44,533 bases of DNA from a virus. A program made the translations under genes and the position numbers. Each line of letters begins with the position of its first letter. Positions within the stretch are counted from its first letter, which is position 1. The notes beneath the pieces are model-generated. The model was not told the origin of the DNA. It did not search any database and saw only the letters and a list, made by a program, of their open reading frames with translations. The DNA lies in the IMG/VR virus record IMGVR_UViG_3300014039_000008; one strand, written 5' to 3'. Shown here in pieces: positions 7,102-15,751 of the stretch.

Positions 7102-7641
7102 ATGGGCATCACAAAACTCAAGGATATCGACACGAGCGGCCTGAGCGAGGCCGACCTGCAGACGCTGCAGGCGACGGAGGCGCGATACGAGGCTGCAGAA
7201 AAGCACCGGCCGCTGACGGTCGGCGAGGTTGCCGGGATGCTGATCCGGCAGCAGATCAACACGCTGGCGGTGGACGACCAGACGGCGCTGCGGATGATCG
7301 AGTTTTATCCGGCGTGGAAGAGCGGCAAGGCCTACGCAGCGGGCGACAAGTTTGTCTCCGGCGGCAAGCTCTACAAGGTGCTGCAGGCGCACACGTCGCA
7401 GGAGACGTGGGTGCCGGGCGCAGCGGGGACGGAGAGTCTGTACGAGCGCATCGACGAGGAGCACGACGGTACAAAGTACGATCCGATCCCCTACGACGGA
7501 AACATGGCGCTCGAAAACGGCAAGTATTACACGCAGGGCGGCGTGCTGTACCACTGCACGCGCGACACCGGTAATCCCGTCTACAACGCGCTGAGCGAGC
7601 TTGTGGGCATCTACGTGGAGGTGGTCAGCGATGGCGACTAA
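7102..7641 (+). CDS. fibre-associated protein with a carbohydrate-binding (chitin-binding type 3-like) motif (179 aa)
   Basis: ATG 7102 after AGGAGGG. AWKSGKAYAAGDKFVSGGKLYKVLQAHTSQETWVPG matches the W..G..Y..GD.V...G..Y...H.S...W.P pattern. Confidence 0.6.
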   Translation: MGITKLKDIDTSGLSEADLQTLQATEARYEAAEKHRPLTVGEVAGMLIRQQINTLAVDDQTALRMIEFYPAWKSGKAYAAGDKFVSGGKLYKVLQAHTSQETWVPGAAGTESLYERIDEEHDGTKYDPIPYDGNMALENGKYYTQGGVLYHCTRDTGNPVYNALSELVGIYVEVVSDGD

Positions 7642-9469
7642 GGTGCTGGTCAAGGACGGGAAGCTTGCGACGTATGGGGGTAAGGTCGTGGAGGTGGAAG
7701 CGAGCTCCGCCGACGCGATCCAACACGCAGATATCCCGGACTACGTCAAGACCGCCGCCCTTGCAGTCGCCTCAAAAGTGGCTGCGGTGCGGACGTCCGA
7801 GAGCATTGTTTTTTTGGCGGCTTCCGACGCGCATCAGCTGGATACAAGCGACAGTATCGTAACCGGCAATCTCCATGCTGGGATGGCGTTGAAAGCCCTT
7901 GCTTACATGATCCCCAATATCGACTTTGCGTGTTATCTCGGAGACTACACGGCGGGCAGCTCGACGACGACTCTCGCTGAGGGGCGTCAGCACATCAAAG
8001 AGATCAACGCAGACATTGACGAGGCATTCAAGGGCATCCCGCAATTCCGGACGCTCGGAAATCACGACAGTTTGCAGTACAGCAAGGCTCAGAATGGGGC
8101 CGTGCTGTCTGCGGCGGAGCTTTACGGGCTTGTCGGCGCGTACAACACTGGAGCGACGATTGGCAGCGAGACAGAGGGGTATTGCTACCGCGACTTTGAG
8201 AGCAAAAAGCTGCGCGTCATTTGCCTCAACACCGCCGAGGCGACGGAAAAGGAATACGTATCCGACACGCAGAAGCTGTGGTTTGCGAACACGCTGAAGG
8301 CCGTGGGCGCAAAGACCGGCTGGAGCGTGCTGATCCTGTCCCACCACCCGCTCGACTGGGGCGCGGTCTGCATCATGAGCAATATCGTCAAGGCGTATGT
8401 GGACGGCGGGAGTATCGCCGTCAGCAGCGGGAATACCGTCAGTTTTGCAGAGAGCAACGCCGCGAAGATCCTCGCCGCAGTGCACGGGCATGTGCATGGA
8501 TTTAAGGCGGCAAAGCTCAACAGCATTTCCGGCGGTGTGGGGGCGGAGTACAACGTATGGCGCGTCGCGACGCCGAACATGTGTTTTACTCGGAACAACG
8601 AGTACGGGCAGAACGGCAGCACCGAGTATTACGGCATCGAGTTTGGCGAGACTACGACCTACAACAAGACGGCAAACTCCGCCAAGGACACGGCGTTTGT
8701 GGTCAACGTATGCAATCCAAGCGAAGAAAAAATCTACAGCTTTTGCTATGGAGCGGGATACGACAGGGAGATTTTTACCGGGGTGCAGACCGTGCCGGTC
8801 ACGGGCGTGGCGTTGAATGCGTCATCCGGGGAGCTGACCGTAGGCGGCAGCGTTACGCTGACGGCGACCGTATCGCCGGGAGACGCGACGAACCCGGCAG
8901 TCACGTGGAGCAGCTCCGTGCCGACGGTGGCCAGTGTCGAAAACGGCGTTGTGACAGCGCTTGCGGCGGGCAGTGCCGTGATTACAGTCACGACGGCAGA
9001 CGGCGGATTTACGGCGAGCTACAACCTGACGGTCAAGGCGGCGGCCGTAGACCTGATCGCGGTCTATGGCGCGATTGACGACACGCGCCTGAGCACGAGT
9101 ACGGGCACGGAAAAAACGGCAGCCGGGTATGTGACAGTCGGGCACACTGTGCCGATCGACGTGTCCAAGCAGACGTACCCCAATGGGGCAATCATCCGTG
9201 TAACCGGGGCGGTCAACTGCAAAGGGAACGACTGGAGTACGACGCCGAACGGCGGCGACAGCGCGTGGGCTATGTTTACAGATTCTGCGGGCGCGGGGTA
9301 TTCGACATCCGACTACATTGCAGACAAGACCGGGGTCATTGGGACAATTACGGTGGACTCTGACAAAACCGGATTTACGGTCGATCTAGCGTCGCTAAAT
9401 AAACGGTGGATCAAATTCTGCGTCAAAGGGGTGGCGGCGAATCTCACAGCGACGCTGACGCCGAAGTAA
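7631..9469 (+). CDS. calcineurin-like metallophosphoesterase fused to an Ig-like (Big_2-type) domain and a C-terminal beta-rich domain; tail-associated enzyme (612 aa)
   Basis: Complete phosphoesterase motif series: SDAH, GDYT, GNHD, SHHP, GHVHG. VTGVALNASSGELTVGGSVTLTATVSP...VTALAAGSAVITVTT is Big_2-like. ATG 7631 follows GGAGGTGG. Confidence 0.8.
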   Translation: MATKVLVKDGKLATYGGKVVEVEASSADAIQHADIPDYVKTAALAVASKVAAVRTSESIVFLAASDAHQLDTSDSIVTGNLHAGMALKALAYMIPNIDFACYLGDYTAGSSTTTLAEGRQHIKEINADIDEAFKGIPQFRTLGNHDSLQYSKAQNGAVLSAAELYGLVGAYNTGATIGSETEGYCYRDFESKKLRVICLNTAEATEKEYVSDTQKLWFANTLKAVGAKTGWSVLILSHHPLDWGAVCIMSNIVKAYVDGGSIAVSSGNTVSFAESNAAKILAAVHGHVHGFKAAKLNSISGGVGAEYNVWRVATPNMCFTRNNEYGQNGSTEYYGIEFGETTTYNKTANSAKDTAFVVNVCNPSEEKIYSFCYGAGYDREIFTGVQTVPVTGVALNASSGELTVGGSVTLTATVSPGDATNPAVTWSSSVPTVASVENGVVTALAAGSAVITVTTADGGFTASYNLTVKAAAVDLIAVYGAIDDTRLSTSTGTEKTAAGYVTVGHTVPIDVSKQTYPNGAIIRVTGAVNCKGNDWSTTPNGGDSAWAMFTDSAGAGYSTSDYIADKTGVIGTITVDSDKTGFTVDLASLNKRWIKFCVKGVAANLTATLTPK

Positions 9470-9483
9470 CAGGAGGGTCAAGC

Positions 9484-9615
9484 ATGATCTACTTTGTACC
9501 GGGGATGTACATCGAGGAGGGGATGCGGTACACCGATGGGGTGCGGCGGTATATCGCGATCCGGTCTGGGCAGGCGGAGAGCCTGACGGACGAGACTTAT
9601 TTTGAGGCGCTTTAG
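9484..9615 (+). CDS. small protein (43 aa), XkdX-like by position
   Basis: ATG 9484 after AGGAGGG. Lies between the fibre genes and the lysis genes. Confidence 0.4.
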   Translation: MIYFVPGMYIEEGMRYTDGVRRYIAIRSGQAESLTDETYFEAL

Positions 9616-9633
9616 CGCCGGGAGGAGGACAAG

Positions 9634-10689
9634 ATGCAGCAGTATCAGTGCCTGCTGGTAGCCAACGAGTGCTACAAGCGGCATCGGCTTATGACGCCGA
9701 CCAAGATCGTCGTACACAGCACGGGGGCAAACAACACGAGCATCAGCCGGTATGTGCAGCCAGTGCCGGGGCAGACAGAGGGGCTTGCGCAGTACCAGCC
9801 GACGGAGCGGAGCCTGACGGCCGCGCAGGTGCGGGACATCCTCGGCGCGAACCGATACGGCAACGACTGGAACCGGGGCAGCCTGTACGTCTGCGTGCAC
9901 GCCTTTATCGGCAAGCTGGCAGACGGCAGCCTCGCGGTCTGCCAGACGCTGCCGTGGAAGATGCGGTGCTGGGGCGTCGGCTCAGGCCGCAAGGGCAGCT
10001 ACAACGACTGTGCGATCCAGTTTGAGATCTGCGAGGACGACCACAGCGACGCGGCCTACTGCCGAGACACGTTTGAGCTGGCGGCGGAGCTGTGCGCGCA
10101 CCTGATGCGGGCATACCCCACGATCACGGAGATCGTGTCCCACAACGAGGCCGGGCAGCGGGGCTACGGCTCCGACCACAACGACCCGGACAACTGGTGG
10201 CCGCGGCACGGCTACACGATGGGGATGCTGCGGCGGCGCGTGGCGGAGCTGATGGCGGACAAGCCGCAGCCGACGCCGGAGCCTGCGGCAAAAGAGATCT
10301 ACCGCATCCGCAAGAGCTGGGGCGACGCAGCCAGCCAGATCGGGGCGTACAGCGATCTCAACAACGCCATTGCGGCGTGCCCGACGGGCTACAGCGTGTA
10401 CGGCCCCGGCGGCAAGGCGGTGTATTCCGGCGGAACGACCGTCCTGCCGGACAGCAAGGTACAGCCGCCGAAGCAGTACACGGCCGGATACCGGCGGAGC
10501 TACACCGTCAAAGCCAACGGCGGCCTCCACCTGCGCAAGGGGCCGGGCACGCAGTATGCGAGCCTCCGCGTGATGCCGGACGGGAGCCGGTGCAGCTGCT
10601 ACGGATACCACACGGGCGAGTGGCTGTACGTCGTGGACGCAGCTGGCGTGACGGGGTACGCCAAGCTGGAGTTTTTGGAGAGGCGGTGA
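9634..10689 (+). CDS. endolysin: N-acetylmuramoyl-L-alanine amidase (amidase_2 / PGRP-like) with C-terminal cell-wall-binding domains
   Basis: KIVVHSTGANN...VSHNEAGQRGYGSDHNDP is typical of amidase_2. C-terminal YTVKANGGLHLRKGPGTQY...GYAKLEFL is SH3-like. Confidence 0.85.
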   Translation: MQQYQCLLVANECYKRHRLMTPTKIVVHSTGANNTSISRYVQPVPGQTEGLAQYQPTERSLTAAQVRDILGANRYGNDWNRGSLYVCVHAFIGKLADGSLAVCQTLPWKMRCWGVGSGRKGSYNDCAIQFEICEDDHSDAAYCRDTFELAAELCAHLMRAYPTITEIVSHNEAGQRGYGSDHNDPDNWWPRHGYTMGMLRRRVAELMADKPQPTPEPAAKEIYRIRKSWGDAASQIGAYSDLNNAIAACPTGYSVYGPGGKAVYSGGTTVLPDSKVQPPKQYTAGYRRSYTVKANGGLHLRKGPGTQYASLRVMPDGSRCSCYGYHTGEWLYVVDAAGVTGYAKLEFLERR

Positions 10690-10693
10690 GGCG

Positions 10694-11014
10694 GTGACGC
10701 AGGACGAGCTGATCACGAGGCTCGCGGGGGTGGAGCAGCGCAGCAAAAGCAACACACACCGGATCGACGAGCTGGAGCAGGACCAAAAGGCGTTAAACAA
10801 GCTGGCCACGAGCGTGGCCGTGATGGCGCAGGAGCAGCAGACGATCCGGCGGGATGTGGCCAAGAGCGGCGAGGACATCAAGGCGGTGCGAAAGAGCATC
10901 GAGACGCTGCAGGCTGCGCCCGGAAAGCGATGGGACAAAGTCGTGGAAAAGATCATCCTCGTGGCAGTCGGCGCGATCGTCGCGTGGCTGCTGGGGCGGA
11001 TGGGCATCAAATAA
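10694..11014 (+). CDS. XhlA-like lysis-associated membrane protein (106 aa)
   Basis: GTG start. N-terminal coiled coil and one C-terminal TM helix (IILVAVGAIVAWLLG). Lies between the endolysin and the holin. Confidence 0.65.
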   Translation: MTQDELITRLAGVEQRSKSNTHRIDELEQDQKALNKLATSVAVMAQEQQTIRRDVAKSGEDIKAVRKSIETLQAAPGKRWDKVVEKIILVAVGAIVAWLLGRMGIK

Positions 11015-11027
11015 GGAGGGGAAAACC

Positions 11028-11228
11028 ATGAGAAACTGGAAAAAGTGGCTGAAGGCCGCCGCGATCCGCGCCGTGAAGACGGTGGCGCAGACGGCCGTGG
11101 CGACGATCGGCACGAGCGCCGTGCTCGACGAGGTCAACTGGGCAGTCGTGGCGAGTGCCTCCGCGCTGGCGGGCGTGCTCAGTTTGCTTACCAGCGTGGC
11201 GGGCCTGCCGGAAGAAAAAACGGAATAA
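11028..11228 (+). CDS. holin (66 aa)
   Basis: ATG 11028 after AAGGAGGGG. AIRAVKTVAQTAVATIG...ALAGVLSLLTSVAGLPEE resembles LL-H-type holins. Confidence 0.7.
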   Translation: MRNWKKWLKAAAIRAVKTVAQTAVATIGTSAVLDEVNWAVVASASALAGVLSLLTSVAGLPEEKTE

Positions 11229-11294
11229 GGCCGGAAAGAGGGCGCTCTGCGGGAGACTGCAGGGCGCTCTTCCTGTACATTTACGCGGCAGGAC

Positions 11295-11334
11295 AAGTTG
11301 ACGGTAACTAACACGGCTTTTGCGGTAAAATGGC
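11295..11334 (+). promoter_or_regulatory. copy C of the conserved promoter-like motif (upstream of the head-gene block)
   Basis: AAGTTGACGGTAACTAACACGGCTTTTGCGGTAAAAT. Confidence 0.55.
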
Positions 11335-11360
11335 TAAAACCGGTGAGAGGAGGGGACAGC

Positions 11361-11534
11361 ATGGCAGACAGCAGAGACGGCTACGCGGGCAAGATCGGCC
11401 ACGGCGGACAGCAGTACGTCAAGGCTCCGTTTGCGAAGAAGCCGACGGCGGATCAGAGCCGGATCCACACCGGCACGGACCTGCGCACGACGGCAGGCAA
11501 GAAGCTCAGCGGCAACGCGGGCAGCAACAAGTGA
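11361..11534 (+). CDS. small hypothetical protein (57 aa)
   Basis: ATG 11361 after GAGAGGAGGGG, in the frame of track ORF 11298..11534. Confidence 0.5.
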   Translation: MADSRDGYAGKIGHGGQQYVKAPFAKKPTADQSRIHTGTDLRTTAGKKLSGNAGSNK

Positions 11535-11560
11535 CGCCCTGACGGGCAGGAGGGACAAAC

Positions 11561-12499
11561 ATGGATTGGTATCAGCAGTTTGGGCTGCCGCAGCCCGAAG
11601 AGACCGGCGCAAACGAGCAGGGAGCCGCCGACCCTGCCGCTGACGAGACTCCGGAAGGCGCAAACGGGCAGGAGGTCGCCGCCCCTGCAGCAGCCGAAGA
11701 AGCGGAAGAGCACGCGGCACAGACGCAGCCGGAAGCAGGGGACGCTCCGCAGGGGGAGGCGCAGCAGCCGCAGGACAAGGAGACCCGCCGCCAGCAGGCT
11801 GCGGCCCGCAGAGAGCGGGAGCAGCGGGAGGCGATCGACGCCGCAGTAGCGGACGAGCGGGCAAAATGGGAAAAAGAGGTCTTTGGCAAGGCCGGGATCA
11901 AGGACCCGTTTACGGGCAAGGTCGTGGAAAACATGGAGGACTGGAGAGCATTCCAGTCCGCAACGGCCAACGCCAAGCTGGCAAACGACCTCAAGGCCGG
12001 GCGGCTGACACCGGAGGGGCTGCAGCAGGCCCTGATGCAGTCGCCGGAGATCCAGCAGATCCTCAGCGGGGCCAAGGAGGCGCAGCAGCGCGCCGAGGCG
12101 GCTGAGCAGAGAGCCGGAGCGCAGGAGTTTTCGCAGCGCCGCGAGACGGAGCTGGCGGAGATCCGCCGAATGAATCCCGCCATCAAGTCGCTGGACGACA
12201 TCATGGCAATGGAGACCGGCTCGAAATTTGCCGATGCGGTGCGGCGCGGGAACAACTACGTCGATGCATACCGGCTGGCAAACTTTGATGCCCTGCAGCG
12301 CGGCCAGCGCGCAGCGGGAGAACAGGCAGCACGCAACGCTGCGGCCGGGCTGCAGCATCAGCAGCGGACACGGCAGACGACCGGAGACACCCCAGCAGCC
12401 GTCCCGGCGGACGTCAAGGCATTTTACAGGATGCTCAACCCGCAGGCGACGGATGCGGAGATCTCCGCACACTACAACCAGACACACAAGGCCAGATAA
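11561..12499 (+). CDS. capsid scaffolding protein (312 aa)
   Basis: Acidic, Q/E/A-rich coiled-coil protein two genes upstream of the major capsid gene. Confidence 0.7.
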   Translation: MDWYQQFGLPQPEETGANEQGAADPAADETPEGANGQEVAAPAAAEEAEEHAAQTQPEAGDAPQGEAQQPQDKETRRQQAAARREREQREAIDAAVADERAKWEKEVFGKAGIKDPFTGKVVENMEDWRAFQSATANAKLANDLKAGRLTPEGLQQALMQSPEIQQILSGAKEAQQRAEAAEQRAGAQEFSQRRETELAEIRRMNPAIKSLDDIMAMETGSKFADAVRRGNNYVDAYRLANFDALQRGQRAAGEQAARNAAAGLQHQQRTRQTTGDTPAAVPADVKAFYRMLNPQATDAEISAHYNQTHKAR

Positions 12500-12517
12500 C
12501 GGCCGGGAGGAGGACAA

Positions 12518-12943
12518 ATGGCATTTTTACCGCAGAGCTACCGCGACGGTCAGCCTGAGCCGTGGGAATACCTCGAGGCATCCGCCATCGGGGCATGCAC
12601 CGTCGGCATGGCGCTGACGCTTTCGAGCGGCAAGCTCGCAAAGTGCACCGGTGCGACGCGACCGGACTACATCAGCATGTACGGCGGCACGGTGGCTGCC
12701 GGGGACGTGATCCCCTGCATCCGCGTGCATGAGGAGACGATCTTCGAGACGGAGTGGAGCGTGGCTAACGCCAGCGCGGCCGTCGGCCAGAAGGTGACGA
12801 TCGACACGACCGGCTCCAAGGCCACGGCGACCACGACCAACGGCGTCTTTGAGGTCGTGAGCTACAAGGGCACGGCGATCGGCGACACGGTCCGCGGCAG
12901 ATTTATCCGTCCGGGCACGGTGACGCAGGTCACGGGCAGCTAA
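12518..12943 (+). CDS. head decoration-like protein (141 aa)
   Basis: Lies between scaffold and capsid genes, as in the lambda Nu3-D-E order. Small and beta-rich. Confidence 0.5.
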   Translation: MAFLPQSYRDGQPEPWEYLEASAIGACTVGMALTLSSGKLAKCTGATRPDYISMYGGTVAAGDVIPCIRVHEETIFETEWSVANASAAVGQKVTIDTTGSKATATTTNGVFEVVSYKGTAIGDTVRGRFIRPGTVTQVTGS

Positions 12944-12961
12944 GCAAAGGAGGGAAAATAT

Positions 12962-13972
12962 TTGGCAGGTATCATCGTATCCGAATCCAGCAATGTGACC
13001 AACTCGCTTTTCGGCGAGCTGCAGTCTCCGCTGAGAATGCTCCTCGAACGGGAGTATGAGGCGTGGATGCAGAAGGAGGGCAACGCGCTGCAGGATCTCT
13101 TTGTGAACATGCCGATCACGACGGCGAGCACCACGCTCGGCGGGCTGACCGGAAGTAACAGCTTTGAGCCGGTCGGCGAGAACGGCGCGTACCCGCAGGG
13201 CGGTATCGAGGAGGGCTATTTCAAGACCTTCCGGCCGGTGACGTGGAAGGGCAGCTTTTCGATCTCCATGGAGATGATGGAGGACAAGCTCTCCAGCGTG
13301 CTCAAGGGTCAGCCGATCCAGTTCCTGGACGACTACTGGCGCGCACGCTCCAAGTTCTTCTGGGGGCTGCTCGGCGCGGCGCTCAAAAACGAGGATAACC
13401 TCAAGCTCGGCGTCGAGACGTTCTCGACGACGACCAAGGACGGCGTTAAGCTGTTCTCGCAGAGCCACAAGATCAAGCGCACCGGTAAGACGCAGAGCAA
13501 CGCGTTTTCCAACGCGTTCTCCGAGACCAACCTCGGCCTCGTGGCGACGGCCATGCAAAATCTCAAGACTGACAGCGGCGAGCCTGCGGGCCTTGAGCCG
13601 GACACCATCATCATCCCCAACGACGCCAAGGCCAAGGCAGACGTCTTCGGCGTGCTGGGAGCTTACCACGACACCGGCACGGCCGCGAGCAACAAATTCA
13701 ACTACCAGTTCGGCAACTGGTCGGTCATCATCTCGCCGTATCTCAACGCCTACATGGGCACGAGCGGCTACCCGTGGATCCTCGCGGACCTCGAGTACAA
13801 CAAGCGCTACTACGGCGCTGTGGACGTCGACCGCAAGCCGCTGACCGTGCGCAGCGAAATCGCGGAGAACGACGCCAACGTCTGGAAGGGCAACGCCAGA
13901 TTTACGGGCGGCTTCTACGACTACCGCGCCTTCGCGGCTGCGGGCGTGAGCTTCGGCAGCTCGCTCACCTGA
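12962..13972 (+). CDS. major capsid protein (336 aa; HK97-fold predicted)
   Basis: TTG start 7 nt after AAGGAGGG. Size, position and composition fit. Confidence 0.8.
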   Translation: MAGIIVSESSNVTNSLFGELQSPLRMLLEREYEAWMQKEGNALQDLFVNMPITTASTTLGGLTGSNSFEPVGENGAYPQGGIEEGYFKTFRPVTWKGSFSISMEMMEDKLSSVLKGQPIQFLDDYWRARSKFFWGLLGAALKNEDNLKLGVETFSTTTKDGVKLFSQSHKIKRTGKTQSNAFSNAFSETNLGLVATAMQNLKTDSGEPAGLEPDTIIIPNDAKAKADVFGVLGAYHDTGTAASNKFNYQFGNWSVIISPYLNAYMGTSGYPWILADLEYNKRYYGAVDVDRKPLTVRSEIAENDANVWKGNARFTGGFYDYRAFAAAGVSFGSSLT

Positions 13973-14006
13973 GCGAGAGCAAGTAAGTAAAGAAAGGGGC
14001 AGGGAA

Positions 14007-15503
14007 ATGGACGACAAGGCACTGCAGGCTGCGCTGTGGTACAAGCAGCTGTGCGAGACCAACAACGACGTTTTCCTGCCCCTGTTTTTCGACCATCATC
14101 GCCACCTGATCCTGATGGGCGGCGGCGGCAGCGGGAAATCGATCTTTGCGGGCAGGAAGGTGCTGGAGCGCTGCGCGACGGAGCCGGGGCACAGAATGCT
14201 CGTGGTGCGCAAGGTCGCCAAGACGCTGCGCGAGAGCTGCTTTGACCAGCTCAAGACGCAGGCCATGCAGTACTACGGACCGGCAATCAAGATGATCCCG
14301 CGCGGGAAGAGCGGAGATATGTACATCACGTTCTACAACGGGAGCGAGATCTTATTTGCCGGGCTGGACGACGTCGAAAAGCTCAAATCCATCCACGATA
14401 TCTCCGGCATCTGGATCGAGGAGGCGAGCGAGCTGCTGGAGGGAGACTTTAATCAGCTGGACATCCGTCTTCGCGGCGAGAGCAAGTATTACAAGCAGAT
14501 CATCATCTCGTTTAACCCGATCAGCATTACGCACTGGCTCAAAAAGCGTTTTTTCGACGCGGCGGACGACCGCGTCGTGACGAGCCGGACAACGTACAAG
14601 GACAACCGTTTCCTCCCGCAGGAGGACCGGCTGACGCTGGAGGCGTTCCGCGAGACCGACCCGTATTACTATCAGGTTTACTGCCTCGGGCAGTGGGGCG
14701 TACTGAGCCAGACGATCTTCCGGCGCGACATCCTGATGGAGCGGCTGCTGCACTGCAAAAAGCCGATCCGGCGCGGGAGATTTGCCTACCGATACGACGA
14801 GACTGCGATCACGGACGCCGCGTTTACGGGCGCCGAAGACGGCGAAACGCTCGTCTGGGAGGAGCCGCAGGCGGGACACCCTTACGTCATCGGCGCAGAT
14901 ACGGCGGGCGAAGGATCGGACTGGTTTGTCGCATGCGTTATCGACAACAGCACGGGGCGGCTCGTGGCCAAGTACCGGGCGCGGACCGACGAGGATCTGT
15001 TTGCCCGCGAGGTCTGGTGCCTCGGCATGTGGTACAATCAGGCGCTCGTGGGCGTCGAGGCCAATTTTTCCACGCACCCGATCAAGGAGCTTTCGCGGCT
15101 GCGGTATCCGCGGCAGTTTGTGCGGCAGGTCGAGGACAGCCTGACGCATGTTGTGCGCGAGGCGCTCGGCTTTAAGACAGACCGGCTGACGCGGCCGGTC
15201 ATCATCGCGGAGCTGCAGGGGATCATGCGTGAGCATCCGGAGCTGATCGACGATGAGGACTGCCTTAACGAGATGCTGACCTTCGCCCGCAACAGCAAGG
15301 GACGGCCGGAGGCGGTCGAGGGCGCGCACGACGACTGCGTGATGGCGCTGGCGATCACCTACTACGTGCGCCAGCAGCAGCGGGCGACCGTGGAGACACG
15401 GCACAAGCGCGCCAGATGGGACAAGGATCAATGGGAGGACTACAGATCGGCCGACGCCACAGAGCGGGCCTATCTGATCAGCAAATGGGGCAACCCGTTT
15501 TGA
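14007..15503 (+). CDS. terL: terminase large subunit
   Basis: Walker A LILMGGGGSGKS. IWIEEASE is Walker B-like. The C-terminal nuclease part contains VIGADTAGEGSD. 498 aa. Confidence 0.9.
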   Translation: MDDKALQAALWYKQLCETNNDVFLPLFFDHHRHLILMGGGGSGKSIFAGRKVLERCATEPGHRMLVVRKVAKTLRESCFDQLKTQAMQYYGPAIKMIPRGKSGDMYITFYNGSEILFAGLDDVEKLKSIHDISGIWIEEASELLEGDFNQLDIRLRGESKYYKQIIISFNPISITHWLKKRFFDAADDRVVTSRTTYKDNRFLPQEDRLTLEAFRETDPYYYQVYCLGQWGVLSQTIFRRDILMERLLHCKKPIRRGRFAYRYDETAITDAAFTGAEDGETLVWEEPQAGHPYVIGADTAGEGSDWFVACVIDNSTGRLVAKYRARTDEDLFAREVWCLGMWYNQALVGVEANFSTHPIKELSRLRYPRQFVRQVEDSLTHVVREALGFKTDRLTRPVIIAELQGIMREHPELIDDEDCLNEMLTFARNSKGRPEAVEGAHDDCVMALAITYYVRQQQRATVETRHKRARWDKDQWEDYRSADATERAYLISKWGNPF

Positions 15504-15517
15504 GATAGGAGGACAGT

Positions 15518-15751
15518 ATGCTGCAAAACATTCGGCAGCTGGCGGGAGAGCCGCCGGAGCTGACCGGGAACGCCGCGGCTGACACGGCCGCGCTCAACCG
15601 CTGGCATCGCAAGCTGATGCAGGGCCTTGAGTACCTGTTTGATCAGGTCGAGACGAGCATGGACGCGATCACCGGAGACCGGGCGGCAATGGCAGAGCGC
15701 AAGATGCAGGCCGCGAAAAAGCGGCTGGAACGGGGGAGACAGGATGGGTAG
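15518..15751 (+). CDS. small hypothetical protein (77 aa)
   Basis: ATG after TAGGAGGA. Helical composition. Confidence 0.55.
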   Translation: MLQNIRQLAGEPPELTGNAAADTAALNRWHRKLMQGLEYLFDQVETSMDAITGDRAAMAERKMQAAKKRLERGRQDG

